Part shown: positions 47,701-59,700 of the stretch, piece by piece
How the letters are laid out: each line of letters starts with the position of its first letter
Position numbering within the stretch: position 1 is the stretch's first letter
DNA from: Macrostomum lignano
Taxonomy: Eukaryota
Assembly (NCBI GenBank): GCA_002269645.1
Contig: NIVC01001259.1
Location: 1 to 64,000 of the forward strand
Length of the DNA: 64,000 nucleotides
Direction: 5' to 3'
Notes under the pieces: model-generated
Seen by the model: the letters and a program-made list of their open reading frames with translations, nothing else
Database searches by the model: none
Told to the model about the DNA's origin: nothing
Made by a program: the position numbers and the translations under genes

Positions 47701-49645
47701 CTTTGCAGAAAGTTAAAAGTATGGAAATAGTTTTTCAAATGCTGTGCTTTTTCTTTTCATATTTAAAGCAAACAACTTACATCCCCGAACTCTGCGTGGC
47801 AAGATCTTGCCAGCAATATAAGTTTCTCCTCTCAAAGTTTAAAACTCGAGGAACAGTTAGCGTTTGAAACTGTCTGATTTATAGCATTGAAGTATCGAGT
47901 GTACGTTCACTGCCTGCTTGCAAGTTGATGCATTGAATTTCAATGTCCAACAAATACACAGGACTGCCCATTGAAAGGCAGGAAAACTTATCAGTAGCCA
48001 TATCATTGCGCAATTATCTATAAAGTCAGCCAGTGAGCCAGGGTCCAAGTGTACACACGCAGCCACTGAGAACGCTCCCACCCCCCACTGGAAAGAAAAT
48101 ACACTACAGAGATAGGGAAAAGTTGTGGCGCAATCACTAAAAATTCATGCATTTTTTTAGCTCCAAGCAGAAAGAGGGGACAATTAAGATTATCAAAGGT
48201 CAAGATTCAAGTTTTCTGCTTTTTTGAGGATCTTAGAAATTAAAATTTCAGAATTAAAATAGCCTATAGCCGACCTCGGATAATTTCCAATCTTCCCATA
48301 TAAGTTTCAACGCTGAGTTGCCACTATTCAAGGAGGAGTTGTCGAAATGACACACACACACACACACACACAGACAGACAGACAAACAACACGTCAACTT
48401 TAGTATATATAGACGAGGCCAACTCCTCCTTCGGAGAAGAAAGGGGAAGAACTCCAATCAGCGGAATTCCATTCCCTGAACTCCATCAGCGGAATCCCAT
48501 TTTCCAACACCTCTCCGCGCAACAGAAATCGTCTCCGTGAAACTGAACACTATCGAAATCCTCTCCGTGAAACTGAACACCATCGAAATATTCTCCGCGA
48601 AATAGAAATCCTCTCCGTGAAACTGGACTAAATCGAAATTTCTACGTCAAACAGCCTAGCTCTCAGAATTCATTGGTTAGGGTTAGGGTTAGGGTTAGAG
48701 CTACACACAGCTGCGTGTTGAAAGGCGCCGTAAAAACATTGAACCAATTAAATTGCGCAACTTATTTCTCAGGCAGTCAGTATCAGCCTCAGTTAAAGTT
48801 AACACAAAGATTGCGCAATCTAAATCAACCCTCCAATACACAGCAACCGACCCCCCTTCCAATACGCAGTGCAGCTAGAAATTGAACCCCCCCACCAACT
48901 ATTGGGGGGTCGGTCGAACCCCCATTGAACTCCAAAATGAGAACAATCTTTGCAGAAAGCTAAAAGTATGAAAATCTTTTCTTGAATGCTGTGAATTTAA
49001 TTTTCATATTTAAAGCAAAAAACTTATATCCCCGAACTCAGCGCTGCAAGCTCTTTCCAGCAATAAAAGTCTCGTCTCTCAAAGTTAAAAAATCGAGCAA
49101 CAGTTAGCGTTTGAAACTTTCTGATTTTAAGCATTGAAATATCGAGTGTACCTTCACTGCCTGCTAAAGATGCTCGCGAGTTTATGCATTAAAATGCACT
49201 GAATTTCACTGTGCAAAAAATACACAGGGCTTCCTGTTAAAAAACAGAACACAAATAGTTGCGCAATTGTCTATAAAGTCAGCCAGTGAGCCAGGGTCCG
49301 ATTGTACACACGCCGCCAATGAGAACGCGCCCATTCCCCCACAGGAGAGAAAATGCACTGGCGACATAGGAAAAAGTTGTGGCGTAATCACTCAAAATTT
49401 ATGCCAATTTTCAGCTCCGAGCAGAAAAAGTGTCCAGAGAAGGTTAGGAAATCAGATTTCTGCTTTTTTAGGGATCTTAAAATTAAAAAATGAAAGATTA
49501 AAACAGCCTAAAGCCGATTCCGGAAAATTTGCAGTATTCCCATATAAGTTTCAACGCTGAGTTGCACGTAGTCTAGGAGGAGATATCCTACAAACAAACA
49601 GACAAACAAACAAACAAACAACGCACCAACTTTAGTATATATAGA
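38741..49645 (-). mobile_element. Head-to-tail array of six non-autonomous Helitron-like units (1.2-2.8 kb), each with a (TTAGGG)n tract
   Basis: Unit boundaries (+ strand acgag) at 38741, 39934, 41216, 43988, 46195 and 48413. Minus-strand 5' A|TCTATATATACTAAAG at 49645. Each 3' end has hairpin ctcctcc-nnn-ggaggag about 10 nt before a CTAA/CTAT-like terminus (degenerate at several junctions). Confidence 0.7.
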
Positions 49646-49961
49646 TAGATAGATAGAGAGGATAGTTTTAGTAGAGACATTATAATATAATTTAAGAGTT
49701 TATTCTCTAACTGGGCCTCTTACCTATTAATTCATATTTTTACACAAATTTATACAAGTAACTACCCATCCAACATCCAATTTTATTACCTTATTTGGTG
49801 CTATAGACTTTTGTTGCCTACTGCTGCCATGTAAATTTTCAGTGGCATTTGAACTGATATTTACAAGCCAGTCAAAATACCTTCATAAGCTCTATCCTAC
49901 TAATAGTAATCAGCTAAGCAAATCAACATACGTAATTATGGTGTCAAAACTTTGGTGTCTA

Positions 49962-52900
49962 CCACTTGAACGACTGTGCTGCTAAATGACTGCTTGACTA
50001 CGATTACGACTACCCTCCCCAGACTTGAGACCCCAGCAGCCAGAGTAAAACAGGAGAAATTCATTGTGGTTTGTTTACACGATTTTTCTAAACTATTTGT
50101 GCAAACACAACGCCGGCAGAAATTCAAAGTTAAAACCGCCCCACTTCATGGGTGTCAGCAAACCATCCAATCTACCAACCTATTTCTCTATCCCACCTCA
50201 CTGGTGACAGCTAAGTGGGATAACGAAATGCCAAAACCCCTTCAACAAGTCATTCAAATGTTATGTTATGGCTTCTACTAATTCTACAGCCGTGGATGCA
50301 ACAGCCGACGCTGCAGGTCCCAACAATTCAATGACAAGACCAACCTATGATGAGATGATTTGCATGGTAACCAAAGAGGTATGACGGCAACTGGAGCAGA
50401 CCAGCCTGGGCCACCCACAACACCATCATACCAGCAGCCCCAGCAGCCAGATCGAGCTCTAGCGCCGAAACTGGTCAAGATTCAGCAGTACACGCCAAAC
50501 CAAGTCTTCGACATGCATCTGGATCCAGGCTCTTGAGGAGCAATGCAAAGACAAAAGAAGGCGGAGGTCCTCATGAATATGGACATCACCACAACCTATC
50601 CTGCAGTTGTCAGGATGGAGCTGAAAGATAATCTAATGTTTGGTGAGTTTAAACAACAATTGTCTGAATGCTTTATGCATATGGCTGAAATGCTGTAGTA
50701 TTGGGAGCAATTCCAATACTGTCAGCAAGACAAGAACACTAGCCTGGCTCAGCAAGTAGCACCGCCGCCAGTGAGACATGTCCGGGTTCTTGAGGATGAT
50801 GACAGTCAGATGCCCACTGGGATGCAACATGACAGAGACAGAGTCACAGACACAGAAGCAGAAGCCGACTTGAACAGCCTAGAGCTTAGAAGTGTCCTGC
50901 GGCTTCACAGAGGTGCGGACAAAGCCAACACCCGATGTGGCCAGCGACGCCAACGCCGCGCCCACGCCACGGTAGACATAAACCCGGGAAAGAGCCCGGA
51001 CAAGTATTCTGTATCCTGCAGATCAACTGCAATGGCCTTAGAGCCCATCACATGGAGTTGTCTGCGTGGCTCCACCAGAAGCCCGCCTTGGTACTGGTGC
51101 AGAAATCGAAGCTCATACCAAACTAGAGCTACAATCCGCCAACCAGGTACTGTGTTGCTGCCCGATGTGATGGTGTCACCAAAATGACACAGACATAAGC
51201 TGACCAACCAACAAGCAGCTCCCCACAAGAGCTGAGGCAGATGATGCGGATGGATTGAAACCATGGCCGGTTCCTAGGCCCAGGGGGCCGACACGTGATG
51301 CGCCTAAGATGCTAACTGCGGTGACCCGCCAACAAAACCAAGTGGTGCGGCAGCTGCTGGAGCAGCTGCGCATGCTCCTACTGCAACGAACTGCTGCCGT
51401 CTCTGCACAGGTCACTTGAACCTCCGCTGGCTGAACCGACTAAGCAAGCGCCACCACCACAGCCCCCACTGCCACCAACGCAACAACAGGCTCATGAATG
51501 AGAGGCCCAGCCGCCCCAGCAGACCCAGCAGGCCTGGCTGGCTCCTCGATATTGCCACCACCATCCTCCACCCCAAGGGAGGGGACACCATCCTCTTCTC
51601 CTCTGTCTATGTCCCACCCAACAGCCAACAGTGACAAGACAACTGGCAATCATCGCTCCACCTGATCCCGACCCACCACCAAGCAATCATTGGTGGCGAC
51701 TTCAACAGGCACGGGACCTGGGATGCCTATCAGGAAGAAGACGAGCGAGGACGACTTCTGGAAATGTGGGCTGCCGTGAACAACCTCCACCTTGCAAACA
51801 ACGGCAGCCACACGCGCACCAACCCAGCGACAGGAGGCCTATCAGCCCCAGACCTGACCTGGTGCACCCAGAATATGCACCGTACCGTAGCTGACGGCTG
51901 GCGCACCAAGGCTGACATGCGCTCGGACATCTGCCAATCAGCTTCCCACTTGTCGCCCAGACCAAGCCGAGGAGTAATGAACTGGGACCAGCACGCTGGA
52001 GCTTCTTTAAGGCAAGGCAGTGCATCATGACCTACAACAGAGAACCTATTCAAATGGCAGGCCAACTTACTATCAAAGTTAAGATTAGCAATTTTGAGCC
52101 TACAGTCAAGTTTCTGTTAAAGGGATCACATGACAACATCTTAGGCTTCGAGTTCCTGGAAAAGTATAGCAACTTACTGGACCTCGCAGCTGGGATGCTG
52201 TTCTTCAAGGACAGCACTGCTGCACCACTTTGCTACATGCGAACTAAAGCTACCACATATAGAATTTATATGGCTGAGAGCACAACTGTGCCGCCACTAT
52301 TGTCAGCCTGAATCAAAATTAAATTAGCAAAAGGATGAGAAGAAAATCAAGGGACACCCGCTGTGATTGAGCTGCTAAAGCGGGCCTGACGCAAAGACGA
52401 TGTGCAGCACCTGAATGCTGGCCCTGCCTTAATATCTATGGTGAACAGAGAAGGCGCTATCGAAATGATTAACCAAGGTACAATATCGATTAAAGTGCAA
52501 GCAAATGCACTTGTTGGGATAGCAAGACCACTTTGACTGCCCAAATTACAATGATTCCCACTGCTGAAGCGAGAAGCTTTAGTCAATCAGGTCCAAGATG
52601 AAGACCCTGACACTTGGATCAAGGAGATTGACATTGGCAAGGACCTGTCTAGTGACTAGCATGCTCAAGTCATTGAGCTATTGAAGAAGTACAAGACCAT
52701 CTTCTCCCAAGGGCCACACAATCTTGGCCAAACTCACCTGGTCACCTACAACATTGTGCTAAAGGACAGAGATCCTGTACATTTGCTGACACGAAGGATT
52801 CAGCCCAAGGTGGATCAGCTGCTTGACGATCTACTTGCCAAGGAAGTGATTCAACCGAGCTTCTCTAGCTACAACACCCCGCTGGTGATCATCCCAAAGA

Positions 52901-54266
52901 AGGATGGCAGCCTGAGAATTGTACAAGACTTCAGGAGTCTGAATCAGAAGTGTGAGTACTTTCTGTACCCAATACCAAACATCCAAGAAGCATTCGCCAG
53001 CCTCAAAGGAAGCTAGCTATTTAGCACATTCAATTTAAATAGCAGCTATTATCAGATTCCTCTGCATCTAGAAGACCAAGACCTGACTGCTTTCGCCATG
53101 CTGCACTGCAAACAATTCGCCTACAATGTTATGCCTATAGAATTAAGCTCAGCACTAGCCAGTTTCATGTGACTCATGAATGCTATGCTCAATGGGATTG
53201 CTTACAAAAGTGCAATAGCCTATCTGGATGATGTCATTGTTTATTCTAAGAAATTCACTGACTATCTACAATATATGTAAGAAGTTTTCGAATGAATACA
53301 GGAAGCTAATCTAAAGTTCAAAGGCAAGAAGTGCCACCTATTTTGGGCAAGTCTAAATTATCTGGGACATATAGTAACTTAGGATGAATCAAGACTGACC
53401 TAGCAAAGATTGAGGCAATTCAAACCTGGCTGAAACCAAGAATGGCCCATCAACTTAAAAGCTTTGTCTGCACATGCACTTATTTATTATGCTAAATTTG
53501 TACATGGCTATGCAGAACTTGCAGCTCTGCTCCACAATCTAATTAAAAAGAAAATCTGCTACTTCAATTGTTTATGGGGAAAAGCCTAGCAAGATGCATT
53601 TAACCAGCTTAAGGCAGCTATAACTTTGACATCAGTGCTCACATATCTGCAGTTCACTGAGGATCCTGGCATAATATTTGTCTTTAATACATGGATGCTT
53701 TTGCAACCAAAATCAGAGCCTACCTAAGCCAATGCCAAGCTGACAAAGACGAGTGCCCAATTGGCTATTCCTCCCAGCAACTCAAACTGGCTGAGGCCCA
53801 ATATCCAATTATCAGATATCCTGTTATCCAATATCTGAGGCCCGACACTTCAAGGATTCAAGGATGAATGCATGGAGGAGGCTCAACGCAAGGTAGCTGA
53901 TGAGGACCAAAGTAAACAGCCAGCCATGATATCTGGCACAGTGGTGCTAAAGGTCCACAATAGCAGCCACTGTAGCCCTCCACTGAGCAAGAAACTATCA
54001 ACCTACCAGAATAGACAAAAACTGCTAACAAAGCCACTTAAACAACTGTGCTGCTAAACAACTGAAAACTACGATTAAGACTACCTCCCAGATTTGAGAC
54101 CACCACAGCCAGAGTAAAATAGGAGAAATTTGTTGTGATTTGTCAGCACATTTTTTTCTAGAAATATTTATACAAACACAATACTAGCGAAAATTCAAAG
54201 TTAAAACTGCCCTACCTTTTTGGTGTCAGAAAACCAATTGACTTTTTTTCTCTACCCCCACCTTAT
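49962..54266 (+). mobile_element. Decayed Ty3/Gypsy LTR retrotransposon (integrase missing)
   Basis: Diverged direct repeats at about 49962-50200 and 54034-54266; PBS-like TGGTGACAGC at 50202; protease remnant ILGFEFL; RT SSYNTPLVIIPKKDGSLRIVQDFRSLN and YLDD at 53221; RNase H remnant PIGYSSQQLKLAEAQYP; many stops. Confidence 0.85.
50990..51960 (+). mobile_element. Fragments of a LINE AP-endonuclease inside the Gypsy remnant
   Basis: ILQINCNGL...LVQKSKL (50990-51126) and SSVYVPP...IIGGDFN.H..WD...RGRLL...HLANNGSHTR...SAPDLTW (about 51545-51870). Confidence 0.7.
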
Positions 54267-56066
54267 ATTATTAGGATAGAAATGGTAAACTAAAAATCTT
54301 AAACTAAAATTCAAAAAACCTAAAAAATTATATATAATATATAGTTTGATTCCTAAAACTTATTAGTGTTTAGGCCTATCATCATATCTATAGGTTTTTT
54401 TGATAGCTTTTGATATGCAACTAGGCCTATGGGTTTTTTGAAAAGTATTCCAATAGGGCTAATCAATAAATTACATAATAATCAATTAGATAGCTTTATT
54501 AGGAAAAAATGATTGACAAATATTGTTTATAATATTGCCATGGCCATATAGGATGGCATTTTTATAATTTTAAAGGCTAAGGATATAAGTTAAATTTGTA
54601 AAATATTGTTAAAATTTAATACAATAGGTGAATAGGGCCTAGCAATGGGATTTCTAGTTTTAGCATATGGCCATGGCCCATAAGGAGTCTATATAGAATC
54701 AAAGCTTATTTGCCTTTTAATTATGAATATGACAATAGATCTATATTTATATAGGCCTATGCTTATGATTTAATTTTGTTATGTTCGATCCTGAAATTAG
54801 CATTAGATTAAAGACCAGTGGGCCACATATTTAACTTAGCTTGAAGTGGTAAGGTCAAAACTATAACATAAGCAATTGTCAACTCAACCATGCAATATCA
54901 GCTTTGTCAACTGTTAGTTTCAATGGGTGCCAGTCAATTCGTCTGCGCATTTTTTCCAGAATTATTTATGCAAACGCAGACGAATGGCGGCAGACAAATC
55001 AACTGGAAACCGTTTTAATTAGGTTAAGATGTCTAGGTTTATGTTTTAATAATGGATTACTTCATTACTTGAGACTTATTTACAGATGAATCTAATAAAT
55101 TGCATTGGATCATTGGCTAAAATGAAGTTGAAATTATATAAAATAGAATATCTCAAATGCGATTTAACCAAAATATATTATTTATGAATGAAATTATGAG
55201 CTAAGCTGTTCAAGCGAGCTCCAAGGATCAAGGTTGAGGCGGGGCCCGCGGCCCGTGCGCTCGTTTGCACGTTTTTATTAATTTTGAATTTGCGCAAACC
55301 TTCTGGGAAAAATGCAAATAACAAGAAAATAATTGCAAAACGCTTGCATTTTAAATATACTCAAAAACATTGAAAAGTCGCAGCTTTGAGAGTTCGCAGT
55401 AAATTCTAGCTCAGAAATGACTTTTGAATGACGCAACTTGCGCCACGCGACACAGAGTTGGGCTGGATGAGGAGAGGTTGGGAAGAGCGGAGGGCGAAGA
55501 TTGGATGGATAGAAGCTTTCGCCGGGTTTTCATTGTTTTTAAGCATTTTTAAATATCAAAATGGTTAGCCAGGTGACATTGACGCTGGTCGAAAGACACT
55601 GCTCACTGGGACAAAGGGTGGCAAATTTTGAATGTTGCTGAGTATATGCACACGTGCTCAGTATATGTCTTATTGAAGAAGAAGTTATAGATCTAATGTT
55701 TTAATTCATAACATTTCGCTATAGCTTGCAGCATCTTCAGGCTAGAAGTCAAAACGGTGAGTGCTTAAAAGTTTAAAATATTAATTGGATTCAGATTCAC
55801 CACAAAGTTGTAAGTACACTCCAGCCCCTTCTTCCGCCGACTCGATCATGTATGATTAATGTACATGTACCTTAACCTCTAAGTACACCAACCGCCTTAC
55901 TCCCTCGCTACCAAAATTTTAACCAATCACAGCGCGACTAGCCGACTAGCTACAGTAGGCATGTTCAGTCTCGTCACTTTTTAAAGCGATGCCGGTCATG
56001 CAGTCCAAGGCGGGTCAATGTCTATCTGTTCATACGTTACGTGCATGTGTGCTGCGTGACTTCAGC

Positions 56067-56225
56067 CAGTGGTGGATTTAGGGGAGGTGGACAGCTGAGC
56101 CGCCCTCCCCCCGTTGAGTTAGAATTTTTTAATTTTTTATATGGAAAATACACATTATCGCTCGTGTACATGTACATGTATAGTAATCTGCGCCCCCCAT
56201 ACAAAATTTTCTGGATTCGCACCTG
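56067..56225. mobile_element. hAT-like MITE (cagtggtggatttag ... ctggattcgcacctg)
   Basis: Imperfect TIRs; near-perfect 8-bp TSD acttcagc / actttagc. Confidence 0.6.
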
Positions 56226-56756
56226 ACTTTAGCTCTAAATATAAGCAAAAAAGCTCAATTATACATCGATCCCTTGCTTACGAGGGAAATTACATGAGCT
56301 TCATTGACACATCGATTCGTATTACCCTAACGATATTTTTATTGAACTTGTACTCATAATTTTTTAAATTTTGTCCTATGCTTCAATTGCAATATCAGCA
56401 ATAACATTAACTACAGTACATGTTATACGCCAAGCTTATTTACATTTAGCTAGTCAATATATTATATAATTATGAATTAAATTATGAATGAAAAGTAGGG
56501 TATTTTTATTTTCACAACACAAAATATCTCAACTCGTCTTTGTCAGAGAACACAAAAAATTAATTTTTACACGTATATAAATATAACAGTACACAGTGTA
56601 CTTCAGTTATACCACTGATGTACATTTACAAAGTATGTGCAACAAAATGTTTAAGGTGAATTTTTCTATACATTTAGTTAATCTTTTTTACAAATTAGTT
56701 AGTGACGTTCATGCCATGGATTAATATTATTATAATTGTGCATCCGTTTCACCAGA

Positions 56757-59700
56757 TCACTGCTGACCACCAAGATGATTAACCATGACTGACAGGCCAA
56801 CAATAAGACCAACCACGATAATAAACGGCAGCCAGGTGAGGACGAGGCGAGGCCAGCTGCAATTTTTGTTTCGAAAAAAATAAAAATTTCCTTTATTGGA
56901 ATTGAATTAACAATCAATAACTCACTCACCTAACGTAGCGACAGTGCAGTGTGAAGAGAAAAAAGATGCGGACCATGTTCCACGTCTTGCAGCCGGAGTA
57001 CTCCATCTTGTTAAGCGCCATGGCCACATGACTGTGACAGTTGTCGCAGAATAAATTGTGCTGCAGATGGTTTGCGTAAGAATTTCACTGTGAATTTGAT
57101 GCTGGGTGAAATTCTCTGCCCAGATCATAGTCTGCTCTCCCGCACTGCACCCAGGTCATAGAGTCTGCTCTCCCGCACTGCACCCAGGTCATAGAGTCTG
57201 CTCTCCCGCACTGCACCCAGGTCATAGAGTCTGCTCTCCCGCACTGCACCCAGGTCATAGAGTCTGCTCTCCCGCACTGCACCCAGGTCATAGAGTCTGC
57301 TCTCCCGCACTGCACCCAGGTCATAGAGTCTGCTCTCCCGCACTGCACCCAGGTCATAGAGTCTGCTCTCCCGCACTGCACCCAGGTCATAGAGTCTGCT
57401 CTCCCGCACTGCACCCAGGTCATAGAGTCTGCTCTCCCGCACTGCACCCAGGTCATAGAGTCTGCTCTCCCGCACTGCACCCAGGTCATAGAGTCTGCTC
57501 TCCCGCACTGCACCCAGGTCATAGAGTCTGCTCTCCCGCACTGCACCCAGGTCATAGAGTCTGCTCTCCCGCACTGCACCCAGGTCATAGAGTCTGCTCT
57601 CCCCCCGCTTCTCCCAGGTCATAGAGTCTGCTCTCCCGCACTGCACCCAGGTCATAGAGTCTGCTCTCCCCCCGCTTCTCCCAGGTCATAGAGTCTGCTC
57701 TCCCGCACTGCACCCAGGTCATAGAGTCTGCTCTCCCGCACTGCACCCAGGTCATAGAGTCTGCTCTCCCGCACTGCACCCAGGTCATAGAGTCTGCTCT
57801 CCTGCACTGCACCCAGGTCATAGAGTCTGCTCTCCTGCACTGCACCCAGGTCATAGAGTCTGCTCTGCTGCACTGCACCCAGGTCATAGAGTCTGCTCTC
57901 CCCCCGCTTCTCCCAGGTCATAGAGTCTGCTCTCCCGCACTGCACCCAGGTCATAGAGTCTGCTCTGCTGCACTGCACCCAGGTCATAGAGTCTGCTCTG
58001 CTGCACTGCACCCAGGTCATAGAGTCTGCTCTCCCGCACTGCACCCAGGTCATAGAGTCTGCTCTGCTGCACTGCACCCAGGTCATAGAGTCTGCTCTCC
58101 CGCACTGCACCCAGGTCATAGAGTCTGCTCTCCCGCACTGCACCCAGGTCATAGAGTCTGCTCTCCCCCCGCTTCTCCCAGGTCATAAAGTTTGCTCTCC
58201 CGCACTGCACCCAGGTCATAGAGTCTGCTCTCCCCCTGCTTCTCCCAGGTCATAGAGTCTGCTCTCCCCCTGCTTCTCCCAGGTCATAGAGTTTGCTCTC
58301 CCGCACTGCACCCAGGTCATAGAGTCTGCTCTCCCCCTGCTTCTCCCAGGTCATAGAGTCTGCTCTCCCCCTGCTTCTCCCAGGTCATAGAGTTTGCTTT
58401 CCCGCACTGCACCCAGGTCATAGAGTCTGCTCTCCCGCACTGCACGCAGGTCATAGAGTCTGCTCTCCCCCCGCTTCTCCCAGGTCATAGAGTTTGCTCT
58501 CCCGCACTGCACCCAGGTCATAGAGTCTGCTCTCCCACCGCTTCTCCCAGGTCATAGAGTTTGCTCTCCCGCACTGCACCCAGGTCATAGAGTCTGCTCT
58601 CCCGCACTGCACCCAGGTCATAGAGTCTGCTCTCCCGCACTGCACCCAGGTCATAGAGTCTGCTCTCCCGCACTGCACCCAGGTCATAGAGTCTGCTCTC
58701 CCGCACTGCACGCAGGTCATAGAGTCTGCTCTTCCCCGCTGATATTCTGCTTTCTGCTCTGCTTTTGCTCCCAGTTCACCAGAGTCTGCCTACCTGTATC
58801 TAAATTCAAAATAGACTACTTAAAAAGCACTCAGATAAAGCAATAGACACATATAGCTAATCCATACCATGCGACCCTTGTAGACCTCGCTAGCATCATA
58901 GACAGCCCTGTCATAGACATCCCGTCCAACGGAGTCGATGTCCAGCTGCCAGTACTTGTAGGGCCAGCCAAAAGCCATTTGGTCCTCGCTTACTTCATAT
59001 GGGCCAGCAAAATCGCGAACAATTCCAGCACTGGTGCAAATGCCCAGGTGGCCAATGAGGGGAATCAGCCAGCTGTGGCAGTGGTAGAGAGGAGTTCATT
59101 CATTAATGCATTTCTTCCTTGCACTAATATATTTATCCCACTAATCCCATATTAGTTTTTTGCTTTGTTAATTTAAACCTATTGTTGGAATTTCTTCATT
59201 TCAATTTTTTATAGCTGTATTAACTACTTATTATAGTAATTCAACAATCAATATAGGCAGGTTACTTATTGCTGTTTATTTTAGGGATCTCCCCATTAAA
59301 TGTACCTACCCAAATGTAAAACTATTTTAGGATCTTGGTTGGCAATGGATTTCTACCTATTGACTGTATTTGGAGACTTTTATTGGCATAAAGTTACTTT
59401 TGAAGGAAGCTATAAGACTTCTGCTAAGAAATAGTAGTCATAATATTATTATAAAACTGAATTATTTTTTAGAAAAAAGTGCTTATTTTCACTCCGATTA
59501 TTGGAAGTATAAATAACTCTTAAGTCATTTTATACAGAATTTTAACACAAATACCATGCAAAAAGAATTAGAAAAAATTATCAAGCAGTTATTCTATAAT
59601 ATGCATTCAAAGTCAGGCAACTCTATACATGTAAGGACTCAAGTAAGATGTTTAAAAAAGGAAATTTCTAACTTTATTAACTAATATATTGTTAGAACCT

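Noticed and set aside
56957-56966. Suspected frameshift in the TMEM222 poly-T run
   Set aside because: Recount gives six T; the frame is intact (IFFLFTLHCRYVS).
57085-58720. Repetitive MTWVQCGRADS ORFs
   Set aside because: Translation of the 33-bp array inside a TMEM222 intron.
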